Made by a program: the position numbers and the translations under genes | Notes under the pieces: generated by a model | Told to the model about the DNA's origin: nothing | What the model saw: the letters and a program-made list of their open reading frames with translations, nothing else | Database searches by the model: none | Shown here: one piece after another, positions 13,039 to 25,675 of the stretch | Position numbering within the stretch: the stretch's first letter is position 1 | Layout: the number at the start of each line of letters is the position of its first letter | Origin: Octopus bimaculoides | Lineage: Eukaryota | Assembly: GCF_001194135.2 (NCBI RefSeq) | Contig: NC_069005.1 | Location: forward strand, 3,963,924 to 4,027,923 | Reading direction: 5' to 3' | DNA length: 64,000 nucleotides

Positions 13039-13042
<4 letters not shown>
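12411..13042. mobile_element. Probable Penelope-like retroelement remnant with direct and inverted terminal duplications
   Basis: 42-bp direct repeat (12411-12452 and 12926-12967) plus 77-bp inverted repeat (12506-12582 and 12966-13042), with TA microsatellites on both sides. The family assignment is inferred from the architecture. Confidence 0.5.
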
Positions 13043-13081
<39 letters not shown>

Positions 13082-14454
13082 TTTCGTAATAAAATTGTGG
13101 TACCAATACAGCAATGCAAATGATTCTCCGAGTTGTAGAGTTTAATATTTTTAGTGAAATATTATTTACATTGCCTAAATATATATCATTTATTCTATAT
13201 TCTGTGGCAAATAGCTGCAACGATTGCCCCTCAAATTGTTTACCAGTGACATCTGACTCGAATTTACCCACGGTCTTAAGAAATGTAATATATTTTCCAA
13301 TAAATGATATAATCCACGACTTTTCTCTCTCCGTGTGTCAACGATGGTGGACATCCATACCGAACTCTGAAAATTATTACTGTTTTTTTTCTTTGGAGAG
13401 TTAAATATACAAATGAAGTTTGGCATTTGCCTTCTAACGATTCCCTCTGATAGTGCTGTTCTAGTGCGTATTCAGTCCTACTCTTAAACCACATTATATA
13501 TTGAACTCTTACAGAGAGGGTTAGCTTTTGTTATTTCAGGGTTTTTTACACGCGCTGTTTGGGTTATACAACTTGTCTGCAGTCAGCCTTAATTCAGTTC
13601 TGTATGACATATCCAGAAAACTATTTTATGATATCTATCCAACAACTGATTTTCTTTGTAAGTACAATCTTCGCAGGCCAACGCCAACCATTGGTAATTA
13701 GTGAGCAATATTAACTCTATATTTATCGAAAGTATTGAGTCCTGAATAACATGCATTTAACGTTTTGCCAAGAACCAGGTATCCATCTGCAATAAGCCGA
13801 ATGTTCGTGGCTGGAATACCTTTAAACATACATCTACATAATCTCCGTCGACCTAAAGCTAAATGCATAGTACAATTATTATGTATCATCCGTTTAATGA
13901 ATGCACGAGGAATAATTTATGGTAGCCTTGAAATTGCAACTCAACATCAGAGTGGCATATTTGTGCAGCAATGCTTTTATATACGAGTCATTTACTTTAT
14001 ACAGCATTTCTAAGTGAATATGTATGAACATGTTTACATACAAAGCGCTTTCACGCCACTTACATCTTTGATCGACCTAAAGTTAAGAAAGTCAAATGTG
14101 CACTCTTTAAACATTATTTGCTAATGCCTAGCTTTCCGTTAGTATTACATTTGCAACGTCTTTGATATAAAGTTGTAAATTCTTTGATGGAAAATAGCTA
14201 GTTCTTTTTGATACAAAGTAGTAAACTATTTGATACGAGTAAAACATTGTTTGTTATAAATTAGAAATGTAGTTTCTAAAAATTGTACTAACTTCTTTCA
14301 TGTATAATTATGTGTGTGAATGCATGGGTGTATTTACAGGAGAATGAAACCTTTTGAAGCCATTTAACGTTGTCAATAGCTCTTAGAAATGCAACTGTAA
14401 CATTCCAACTCAATACTAGATTATTCTCTGTCGTGATATTTAGTTAACGTTGTA

Positions 14455-14720
14455 AGGTTTCGTTTGTCCGGAGCTGTGGATAGGTGAACAGCAGAAGGAG
14501 TCTGAGTGGAAGCCCACTCCCCTCATAGAGAATTTTGGGCTCTTTATTTCTTACACTTTAAACAAAGTAGGGCCGCCTCGATGTCATGTCTAATGGATAC
14601 CTCTCTGCTGACACATTCTGTTGAAGTCCTCTCTGTGGCCGGTGAAATAAGTAACAGTTGAACAATCTTCTTAACCCATCCACCTCGTGATTGCTGGCTA
14701 GCCTTGTGTAAACCTTTCAA
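14455..14720 (+). mobile_element. Possible RTE-type LINE 3' remnant
   Basis: GC-richer island. Frameshifted translation fragments RLSG..W..EQQ..WKPT..G(R)PR recall RTE ORF2 C-termini. The match is weak. Confidence 0.3.
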
Positions 14721-14757
14721 ACCAATACTGTATGCATCCTAAGACTAACAAGCTAAT

Positions 14758-14975
14758 AAAGGTGGTAAGCTGGTTGAAATGTTAGCACTCCGAATAAAAT
14801 GCTTAACACCATTTCGTCCGTCTTTACCTTCCGATTTCAAATGCCGAGGGAGATTGACTATTGCCTCATCTATTTGGTGTCGGTAAATAGGTTCTATTTG
14901 TGCACTATGGTAGTTGTAACCGACTTATGCATTCCCCCGAAATTGCTTGCCTTGTGCCAAAATTTGAAAGAAATA
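14758..14975 (+). mobile_element. SINE family A
   Basis: aaaggtggtaagctgg...aaaatgcttaac...ttcaaatgccgagg...ccttgtgccaaaatttgaaag. Confidence 0.8.
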
Positions 14976-15494
14976 TTACCATATTAGCACAGCAATTTTC
15001 TGTTAGATATTTCCTTAAGATAACGACCGAATATATGAAGGGCGTAAATTTTCGATTTTGACTTCTGTATGAAAGTTAGAAAACAATTAAAGCAACCCGT
15101 ATGACGGCTTAATGGAGTGTGCAGTATAGAAATAACCCATTGTCGGTGAACCGAGACAGTAGGATTTCGAATTACCATCGTAATTGAAAATATTTTGGTT
15201 TACGTATTCCATAAGTTTCATGCATATGAACATAACATTATAACTTACTTGCTGAACTAGGATGCATTTGTGTTTAATTTTAGGCGACCAATGGACATTC
15301 TCAGAACAAAATGTCAAAAAAGAGAAGTATAAGTGTGTTCTGTTACTCACTTTCCTACTCAACATGGGATGTATCAGTAAAAAAAGTAATACGTTTACGG
15401 GTAAAATAATCCGGTAAAAGAACAGGGTATAATAACAAGGTATAATAACGGGGTAAAATAAGGTTTTAATGTTTTTCTGAAATAAAGACAAATA

Positions 15495-15714
15495 CTCTTT
15501 TCTACTCTAGGCACAAGGCCCGAAATTCTTGGGGATGTGGGGGTCCTGTCGATTCGATCAACCCCAGTACGCAATTGGTACATAACTTATCGACTCCGGT
15601 AGGATGAAAGGCAAAGTTAACCTGAGCTGAATTTGAACTCAGAACCTAAAGACAGACGAAATACCGCTAAATGTTTCACCTGGCGTGCTAAAGTTACTGC
15701 TAGCTCACCGCCTT
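15495..15714 (-). mobile_element. SINE family A
   Basis: ctaggcacaaggcccgaaatt...ggatgaaaggcaaagtt...aatttgaactcagaac...gctcaccgcctt. Confidence 0.9.
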
Positions 15715-18154
15715 AGGAAGGGAATTTATTGTTAAATAAAAACAAATATTAACAGCTGCTGATGATGGCGTATAAGTAGCAGCAAGAAAGGAATAAGCAG
15801 GCGTCATTTTAACAAGCAGCACTGGTGGATATGAAAAAGGCAATGGCAAATATTTTCTACAGATTTCAAGCGAGTGTGTTTGTGTTCACAACGAGAACGA
15901 AATCAACACGATTTTTTCTCAGCATAGTTTCCGGTCACAAGATTTGGCAAAGGTTATGCCATATCAGTGAGATTTTTAGGCAGGAAAAGCATGCAACGTG
16001 TGCAGAATTAATTTACAACCATTTTGTTATTTGTGAAGAATAAATTGCATTAACTGGAATTAGATAAAAAAGAAGGAAAGCCATGCTTTATTGCGAAAAT
16101 AAATTAAAAGGAACATTATTTCAACGTTAGTGTAACGCATTATTAATTCTCGTTTTGATGCATAAACCAATGATAATTATAATCCTAATGATAATACTAA
16201 CACCAACCATATTGAACTAAAACCTGTATCGCTTGTTTTATTTGTCGATGATATTTTTGTTCCATATAAAATATCGACCATTTATTAAGGTGTAAAGTAA
16301 GGAATGGAGAATTTTATGTGTTTGATATTAATTAGAAAGTATTAAGTCAAATGGGGTAGAATAACGGTTCAGCTTGCAACGCAACCTTGAAGCAACTTCC
16401 TTAGCAAAGCTGTGAAGATATTTAAGTTTTAAACGAGGATGATATCGATAATACATAATCAGTCTGTGGGAGTACATTATTATTCAGAACATGCCTGATC
16501 GATTGATCGAAATTGAATTGACTAAACAGAAACAGGTAATGATTCAAATGAGGAAATAATTATGATGACCCAGATTATCTTTACTTACGTACATGACACA
16601 TGCAATCCTCACGTTCACACGCTAAGTATATTATCATATAAAGAAATTTCCTTATTAAATATCCTGCAATTACTTGAGTAAATCTTTATAGTAAATCGCA
16701 TATTGGTATACATGCCTGCATAATTAAGTTTGCTGCACAACGATTTATAGCAGATGCATAAAGTCATATGTCTTGGGGTGAATGGTATAGACGATCTTAT
16801 TTACGGCTCTCGTTCGTGAATATATAAAAACATAACGGTGACCTGAATGCACTCCGAAACCAGAAAGTAATATCATGTAAACTAAATGCTACAAAATATA
16901 ATGCCCACCGAACTGGCATCTCTGCCTACGCTGCTTTCTGTCTGGTATTTGTTCTAGCTTCATATTCCCTTCCTTTACACCGTTCAAAAGTAGTTTATTT
17001 AATGGATATCAAAACTCCAATGGTCCACTTCTATAGGTTACGTATAGTTACAAGGCCAAGACGAATATTGGTAGATCTTGAAAAAGTAAGGTAACATATG
17101 TTTTTGTCAACATGCCTATAACACGCCACTATTGAACCATGGTTTTTTTTTTTCATAAACCAAGTAGCAACCATCATCCGATCCACATCAAACTTAACAG
17201 ACCGGATAATGCAGACTATTTTTGCATTCTTAAGTAAATTCTTCATCGAAATGTAAGTTATGTTATACGATGGTTCTTATTGAATAGAATTCTTTGGAAG
17301 AACTGCGCACCTATTTGAGAATGTGTTTGAAAACCGGAAAAAAACCCTTCTGAGTGGTGTATAAATTACTGAAGGAAATAGGAGGCCGTACGTTTGATGA
17401 TATTGTAAGCGAAGTAGTACTTTTAAAGACAACGTTTCTCTACGAGTAGTGGAACTTCAGTCACACGTCAATTCTGAGCTAATCTTCAATCGAGTAGCAA
17501 CCTGCTACTTTCTTGGCTTGTAATTGTGGTGGTCGTCGGTAATGTTTTACTTCTTTAACAATCACTCAAGTACTGTTTCTGTGTCTGCTTCATATGACAA
17601 AATTTTCAACTGGGATATTTAATTGTTTCAGGCTGAAACTGGCTACACTTTCGATGGAGGGAAATTTGCAAGTGGTTGTAGTTCTAACGAGTTCGGTGGC
17701 ATTTTTATTGGATATATCTTACAATAATATTCCTTTTCCTCCATTTAGCTATTTATTAATCTGCAAAATAGTTTTTATATCATATTCCCTTCTGCCAATC
17801 CTGTTCTTGTTAGTGTCGGCATCTTAAAGTAGTTACTTTTTTTTTTCTGATGTTAAGATAAAATCATTTTGCATTCGGTTGAATAAACTTGTTTTCTTGG
17901 AAGATGTGCTTAAGTATTTGAAACTATTTAAGCTGCAAGTTCTTTCAGATAGAATTTGCTTAATCTTTTTCTACGCTTGCAGTATCTTCTTAATGTCTTT
18001 TCACACACACACATATATATATATAATTTTATTTCTAAGATACTACTTTTTCTTATGCGTGTTCCATCTCTTCATTATCCAAATCGCTGAGCAAATATAT
18101 GCCTTCCTCATGCTTTTCCCCCAATGCCATATGCACATTATGATCCAATTTGTG

Positions 18155-18380
18155 TTGACTGGCTGAGAAGTTTCTAACTCAATCAGGATCGAATCCAGGT
18201 CTCCCACGTTACTACTAAATATCGATCTTGTCGGATTGGTTACTAAATAATGGTCTACTAAGTTTCGATATATTGATCGGCAGTCCAGGTTGAACACGAA
18301 TGCGACACAATGATTAAGAAGAAATATCGCTTGATATTATTCGAACGCTCTAATGCCTCTTCCAACCCAGCTCCCTATGA
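18155..18380 (+). mobile_element. Possible degenerate mariner-like 5' end
   Basis: gactggctgagaagttt resembles the mariner-type terminus seen at 61762. No transposase is readable. Confidence 0.3.
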
Positions 18381-19231
18381 TCTCGCATAGCAATTGTCAT
18401 GAAAGCTAATAAGGATTCAATGTAAGAAATTTAGGAAATGGTGGAAGAGTAAACTACTAGATATATTGAACTTTATTATACCAACTTCGGAATAATAAAA
18501 TGGTAAAGTCGAAATATTCGGGATATAGTGTTACGCATCTAATTATTTGGGGGAATTTTTATCTTCCCTGTATCAAGTGTTGAGATTTTCAGCTAGCCCT
18601 GAATGAAAGGTAACTGCAAAGTATTCCCAAGCGCCCCATCGCACAACAGCTTCATGCAGTTAATGCTTTGTTTGCAGAGTTGCATGTCAAGCGGGGCAGC
18701 AAAAATGTGTACTGGGATCGATTGTGAGAAATCCTAGATTCCAGAGATGGAGGAAAAGAAATGAGAGCTGTGTTTGTTGTGGAAGTTGCGGGATTCGACG
18801 TTGAACACAAGGGTGATGTGTGTGTGTGTGTGTGTGAGTGAGTGTGAGAGAGGGAGACAGAGAGAGAGAGATGTGATTTGTGAATCTATGCGTGGTGGTA
18901 GCAAGTAACCATCCAGTTCTCAGCAACAGAGATTATTATACAAGCTGAAAATACTGAGAATAATAGCGCAACGTTAGGAAGCATCATTGCAGTAACTATA
19001 ATCATAGAACTGATTGTGTGAAAGTGAGTTACTTTATATCGAGAACGTATCGTAGTGTTTTGTTTCTTTTTATATTAATCAGTCAAGAAACCTTCTTCTG
19101 GGTCCGATATGAGACGTCGGTGCACAACTACGCATAAAGTAAGAGCAGGATTTTAAACAAATACAGAAATACAATTATACAATTATATGCCAGCCATTTA
19201 TTTACGAGTATTGTTAACACTAACAAACTCA

Positions 19232-19301
<70 letters not shown>

Positions 19302-19495
19302 TTATGTGTGTGTGCCTGCGTATAATGCATATATAATTATGTATTTGATAGATATATGCCGGTATATGTGTGTGTCCGTGTGTGTCTTTGTGTGTGTGTT
19401 TGTATGTGTAATTGTAAATATGTATATAAGCATGTATGTACTTATATATATATATATATATGTGTATGTGTATAATCGATATGTATAGATGAGGA

Positions 19496-19728
19496 AAAGC
19501 AGTGAGCTGGCAGAATCGTTAGCATGCCGAGCAAAATATCTAGCGGTATTTCGTAACCCGTAATTTTCTGAGTTCAAATTCCGCCGAGGTAACCTTTGAC
19601 TTTTATCCTTTCCTGTTCGATTAAATAAGTACCGTTTACGTACTGGGGTCGATGTGTTCCACCTAATCCCTTTGTCTGTCATCGCTTGTACCCTCTATGT
19701 TTAGCTCCATGTGGGAAATAAACAAATA
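19496..19728 (+). mobile_element. SINE family A
   Basis: gtgagctggcagaatcgttagcatgccg...ctgagttcaaattccgccgagg...taaataagtacc...actggggtcgatgt. Confidence 0.9.
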
Positions 19729-20600
19729 CATATGTACACATGAGGAAATATCAAATGCGTATATTTATGTACGTATTGCTGTCCTTTCTTCTTCGTGTAT
19801 ATAATCGTCAACAAGCAGATTATGTTTGCATCAACATAGTCACACACCTGTACAGAAGAACACATATATAGTACATGGTAATGAACTTCAAATTCTTGAT
19901 CGCTGTACGTCATACAGTGAATTGCAGTAATTTCTAATGGATGCTTTTATAAAGGAATCGTGTGAAGGTCAATTGAAGGATACATCCGAAAGCAGGGAAA
20001 TATTACACATCATGCTCAACGGAACTCTATGTCTGGAGATTACGTTCTGTTATCTTGTATAACCTTGTTCGCAAACTATTGTTTTGCTTGAAGCCAAAGG
20101 AAAAATAATTATTGGAATAATGAAATTAAAGAAAATGTTAAATAGAAACAAAATGAAAAAGAAGTTACTTATCGCTTCGAATCATACAAGATGAAGCTTC
20201 TGCAGATATTACTATTCGTTCAAAAATAATAATTATTATTAGAATTGTAATGATGATGAAGATGATAAATATAAAAAGTTATAAATAATAATATAATTCT
20301 TTGTATTACTTGTAGTATTGTTATCTATAAATTAATAATGTTTTATTAACGTATTTGTCTTGTGAATATGTCTTTGTCTTCTAAATATGAATAATCATGA
20401 TTTTAACAAACTTTGGTCAACTAGTTGGACTTAAGAACGTCCGCAATATTTTCCACCAATCTACAATATGCCTCTAATAATAATAATTGCAATACGCCAA
20501 TAATAATAATAATAACAATAATAATGATTTCCAAATTTTGCCTCAAGGCAACTTGTACGTATTTTATCGACCCCGATACATACATACATACATACATACA

Positions 20601-20657
<57 letters not shown>

Positions 20658-20715
20658 TTAATGTAAGCAGACTAACATCGATTATTACTTTTTAATACAA
20701 ATAGACTTTATCCCA

Positions 20716-21976
20716 TCCATAACGTTTACAAGTAATCATAATAGTTCTTAAGATTATGTTTATAATACTAATTAATAGTTTATCTTAATAAAATGCCCAT
20801 TAGTTAATTACAATTATTTACTTACTGATATGTAAACACCTATTGCTCATAATGCGATTGATCAAAGTCCAGCTTTCGATATAATTGGACTGTTGAATTT
20901 AAAAACAAAGAGTAGTCTATTAAAACCATTATAGGGGTAGATATAAATAAATAAATAAGTATATAAATAATAAAAATATGGAGAAGTAGTATATGTTTTT
21001 ATGTGGCCCGAAAACCGCTTAGGACTTTATAAATTAATTAAATGATTACAATTTAGTTACTTGCTAATTACGATCATTGATGCAGATGGAAGTGCAATTG
21101 TAGTATGCACCCAAGCAAGGGTTGATATATCGACAATTTTAGTAATAATAATATAATAATATCTATTGATTATGATTAAGCAAACTGTACTATAAGCGTG
21201 CGACTGCAACAATAATTGTAATAGCAAGTAATTAAATGTTAATCCTTTAATTAATTTGGGGATTTGTACTCATAGTTATTTAAAGGACCACTACGCTGAA
21301 TGTAATTAGGTATGTCTAGCCAATTACTGTTTGTTTGTCTAGTAAGACCACTGCTTGGGTACTGTAGTGTTAGTTCATATGTTAGTCTTTGTATTATAAT
21401 TCTGTAAATGTAAGTCCTTGCTCTAGCCATTAACTCCTCTTAACTGTAGACTCCCCTTAACCGTAGTTCTACCTTTATCTCCCTCCCTCTTCCCTTTCCT
21501 TCTAATTAACTTCCGTTCTTTGTCTACTAATTTCTCCAATTTTCTAAAGCATTTGTCCAACTTTTTCCCCGAACCGCCTTAAGTCACATTGGTCCAATCA
21601 GGGACCTCTACAGGTTTTAATGACCCTGCGAATTTTGTTCATTCCTACGCATGGTGCTTGTTTGCACGTTTGTTTTTATTTACAATGTCCTAAGCGGGTT
21701 TTGGGTCACTTTAAACCTATACTGCTTCTCCATACTTTTATTATTTATTTACTAACATCTAACCCTACAACGGCCTTAATAGCTTACTTCTTTGTTTTTA
21801 AATTTAACTGACCAATTATAACGAAAACTGGACTTCCATCAATCCCATTACGAGCAATAGGCGTTTGGTCTCTGCATCATGTCAATAAGTAAGTAATTGT
21901 AATTAATTGATGGGCAATTAGTACTATTAACTTAATTAACTTAAGTACTTTTACGATTACTTCTAAACGTTATGGA
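20716..21976. repeat. Long diverged inverted repeat (arms ~20716-21035 and ~21676-21976)
   Basis: Collinear reverse-complement blocks throughout. Examples: tccataacgtttacaagtaatc / tccataacgtttagaagtaatc; aagtccagctttcgatataattgg / aagtccagttttcgttataattgg; gtggcccgaaaaccgcttaggac / gtgacccaaaacccgcttaggac. Confidence 0.9.
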
Positions 21977-23721
21977 ACTATCGCTCCCTCTTTTTCTAGA
22001 TTTTTTGGCGTATCTCGTTATGGTAAAGTTTGTATTTTACATTATTCTTTATACATCTTGTTACCCCTATATAAAAATCAACCCACCAAATATTATATTT
22101 TAAGTTTAGTCATTTACTCAACGTCCTGAAGCATAGGTAATTATACTGATAGTAAAACGGATATTTTTATCCCTTAGACGGTTATTCCAAACTCTAACTC
22201 AACTAATCTTTATATATATATGCATAAACGCGCACACACACATACACAAACACACACATATATATATTATTTTGGTATACACCAAGTGGTATACTTGGTA
22301 TAATTTTTAAAGCCCTTTCACAGCATTGGGCTACCTGATGGCAGCAACTGTCTGTACAACTTCTCACCCGGAAGGCACTAGTGTATGCTGGTTCGAAACG
22401 TTCGTAGTGGTTCTGAATAAAGAGTCAGCCGTATTGCAATTTCTTTCTCTCGTATTTATGTGTGGGCGTCTGTAAAGAACGACGGAGTGAGAGAGAAAGA
22501 GGGATATAGACAAATGCATATACAGATAGAGATGAATATTTCACACATATGCACTCGTTTATTTGTTGTGTAATCCGTATATATGTATAAGTCATGTGTG
22601 TGTACGTGTACACCTGTGTATCAGTGTACGAATATATGTGTAATGCTATATTCATACAGGTATGGTATTTCCGTAAAAATTTCAATTGATATAATCACAA
22701 CGAAATGCACGCAAACATACACATTACAAATATTCAATACGTGATAGCGTTATGATAACAAATATAAAATTTTTAAAGCGATCTTATTTAATATCATAAA
22801 ACTAATTTCCATGAAAGTAAAATTGTCAAAGGAAAACGAACACATAAATGTTGATCTCACCTTTTCATTCTTACTTTTGTTGTTAATTTCCAGGTAGATT
22901 TCAACCATTTGTACGACTTTATATACGTGATAAGCTTATTGAAATGCAAATTCAAACAGACACGCGGAAATACATTTATGTTCATACCCGTATGAACATA
23001 AACTTACGTATGTGAGAAAGGAATTCTGTTTGTAAATGCATGTTTATATATATGTGTGTTTTTGTGTGTGCCCCTATGTATGTGCATGTCTATTTTTGTG
23101 CCAGGCTGTATGATCCTATGTGTTGATGTTTGTGTTAATATCTGTATGCATAAAACTAAATGTACAAATTTAGGGATCAATCGAAAGCGATATTAAAATT
23201 TCAAAAGTTCCCATTTTAATAAATCTTGATAAAAATATTTTTATTTTTCACTTTCGGTAACATTTTGGGTTAAAGCCAACAGATTTTTACTGCTCATATT
23301 CATCGTGTTATTTTTTATATTTTTGTTATTTATATTTCTCTGTATAAACTTCATGTGTTACTTCTGTGCAGCAGTCTGTCGTACTCTGTGAAGCAATTGT
23401 AATTTTAAATAAATCAAATATATAGTTCTCACCTGATTTGAGCAAATCCATATCTATTCATAAATTAATGACAGTTCCGAACGCGTTATCATCTAGCTTT
23501 TACATGTTTCACTCATTAACTTTGGCCAGACTGGAGTATTACACTGAAGTATTTATTCGAACAACTCGATGTCAAAACATATTTTTAAAAACTTAGTTAC
23601 TCCATAACTTTTACGGAAATCCTAAATTATCGATAGGTATGACATCTACCAGCAGTTGTCATGCGGGGGGAGTGAACAAATACAATTGACAATACGAAGA
23701 CACACATACATATACATACAT

Positions 23722-23753
<32 letters not shown>

Positions 23754-23828
23754 ACGCGCGTGTATATATATATCGAGAGAGAGAGAGAGAGAGACATACA
23801 AACATTGATATAGACAAATAGATACATA

Positions 23829-24182
23829 CAGGGGTTGGACAAAATAATGGAAACGCCTAGCATCATAGCATCGTAATTTTGAAATATCCATAAAACAATC
23901 CGTCAAAATCTTGCTTCTTTTTGTGTTTTTTTATTTATTATTAGTGTTGTGAAATATGTTTTATCTAAAATTGCTGTTTGTTTTCAGATATCATCAGAAA
24001 AAAGTTAATTAAAATACATGAAAATGACAGATCTATAGGACTTTCAAAAGGTCAAATTGTTGGTGCTCGTATGGCAGGCGTTAGCGTAACGAAAAAAACC
24101 AAATGTTTGGTGTATCAAGAACTACTGTCTCAAAACTAACGGCAGCATTTGAGATAGAAGGAAAAACCTCCTCGTCAAAACG
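23829..24182 (+). mobile_element. Tc1-family DNA transposon, 5' end with disrupted transposase N-terminus
   Basis: TA followed by terminus CAGGGGTTGGACAAAATAATGGAAAC. From 24024 it reads MTDL*DFQ/GQIVGARMAGVSVTK/MFGVSRTTVSKLTAAFEIEGKTSS (paired-like HTH), with one stop and two frameshifts. Confidence 0.9.
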
Positions 24183-24254
24183 ATCAAATGATTGGGTAGA
24201 CATAAGCTCATTCCTCAATCAGATATACATTATCTGTACACATGTCAGATGTTC

Positions 24255-24358
24255 AAAGCAACGTGAAATGAAGTGTTTTGCTCAAGAAGCCCAGTCTCGG
24301 AATTGAACCCACGATCTCGCAATCGTGAGTGCCACACTCTAACCACTAAGCCATGCAC
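24255..24358 (-). mobile_element. SINE family C, 5' part
   Basis: The reverse strand reads gcatggcttagtggttagagtgtgg...gggttcaattccg...ttgagcaaaacacttcatttcacgttgc. Confidence 0.85.
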
Positions 24359-24388
24359 CTTATACACACACACATACATAAATATTTG

Positions 24389-24530
24389 GTATGATCAATA
24401 AGTATCCGGACTGTATCCATTTTAACGAAACCAAAGCACACGAAGAGAAGCCACTTGGCACAGATTGACCTTGAACTCTGCATTGCATGTGGACTCGGCT
24501 AAGTTTTAACCTTCTAGCTGACTTCTACTA
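24389..24530 (+). mobile_element. Mariner-like transposon 5' end fragment
   Basis: tgatcaataagtatccggactg...gcacagattgacc matches the terminus of the mariner at 37025-37648. Confidence 0.7.
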
Positions 24531-25675
24531 GCTATACATATTCAGTCACCCCAGCCCCTATTATTTAAACATTTTTGAATTTTTGTTGTCATATTTCTCC
24601 GAAATGTTTTACAAATGTTTGTAGTCACGTGAGTATCTACATGCATTCCGTTGCTTACTGTGATTTTATCAACTATTAATGTGAAAAATCATAACAGTTT
24701 GTTTGTCTCTTACGGTTGAAAGCTGAATCCAGCGTGTAAAGAGCGAGGTTATTTTCGAGAAAAAAAACAGATTTATGTATTTTGCTTTAGAATAAGTGTT
24801 AAAACTAATTTTGTAAAGCTCTGTACTAGTACTTATAACTCACAAATCTATTGGAAAGAAGAAAAAAAAACAATAGCTTGTATGAAACGAGATTTGAAAT
24901 TTAGATGCTATTTTGAGATGCAAATGAAATCTCTTGGACGTCTTTCATCATATTTCTGCTCGAAGTAAATGGATTTTCGGTGAAATACCTAAAACAGAAA
25001 CTAAAGAAAAACAAATTTTGACGTCTCTCTTCACAGGCATGACATGCAAGTAATAGTAGTGTTTTTTTTTTGTTTTTTTTGTTTTTTTTTACTAAAAGTG
25101 CCCTCTCCTTACTTCCAAATAGTGAAAATGAAGTTTAATGTACGTGACAGGCAAATAAATTGCAGCTGCTTTAGACGAGACATGTAGTGCGCATGCACAA
25201 ATCCTGAGTCCATAATGAAATTACCTTTAGTGAACCAGCAAATCTTTGGCAGTCACGAAAGTGGACCAAAGGGGAGTTAACAAGACCCTATCATGACGAC
25301 TTTTAAAATATCTTAGAAGAGTCAAAATGAGGTCACTAGTCTCAAGGTCACACACTGTGGGCTAATGCTGTGTCGTCTGATTTAAAGCACTCAGAAAGGA
25401 TCAGAACAACTAAAGAGATGAAAGTAGCGGTGAAGGCAAGCGTCAAATCAGGTTTCAATGAACTTCCCTGAGTGTAAATAATGACCGATTAAATCACCTC
25501 AGAGTAAAGAAAGATTAAGGTTTTAAGGACTTGTCATTTTTAGAGACATATACATCGAACATAAATGTCAGTGAAAACTACTCTATTGTAAACATTATGA
25601 GAAAAATAGGGGAAGAGTTAGTTGAATCTGTTACTCTATAGACATAACTTACCTCTATGTTTCCTTTCTTTGCAG

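Noticed and set aside
13114-13404. SCNDCPSNC segment as an alternative Ly6 exon
   Set aside because: Only three Cys, and no phase-1 acceptor/donor pair.
15862-15951. 90-nt phase-0 exon-like segment (ISSECVCVHNENE...)
   Set aside because: Wrong phase for the host gene, weak donor and no recognisable product.
16830-17100. Frame with GPI-like hydrophobic stretch (TGISAYAAFCLVFVLAS) as an alternative terminal exon
   Set aside because: No Cys6-10 or CN motif and no suitable acceptor.
17631-17726. Acceptor followed by AETGYTFDGGKFASGCSSNEFGG
   Set aside because: Open only in phase 0. In the phase 1 needed by the Ly6 gene it stops immediately, and there is no partner exon.
18830-19030. GA/GT-rich block followed by donor aaa|GTGAGT as an alternative first exon
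   Set aside because: Splicing to the last exon would give no signal peptide or complete domain, and nothing else supports it.
20029-20091. Signal-peptide-like MSGDYVLLSCITLFANYCFA
   Set aside because: Ends in a stop with no donor site.
25657-25675. ATG start of track ORF 25657-25911 (MFPFFA...)
   Set aside because: These codons are the polypyrimidine tract and AG acceptor. The real exon starts at 25676.
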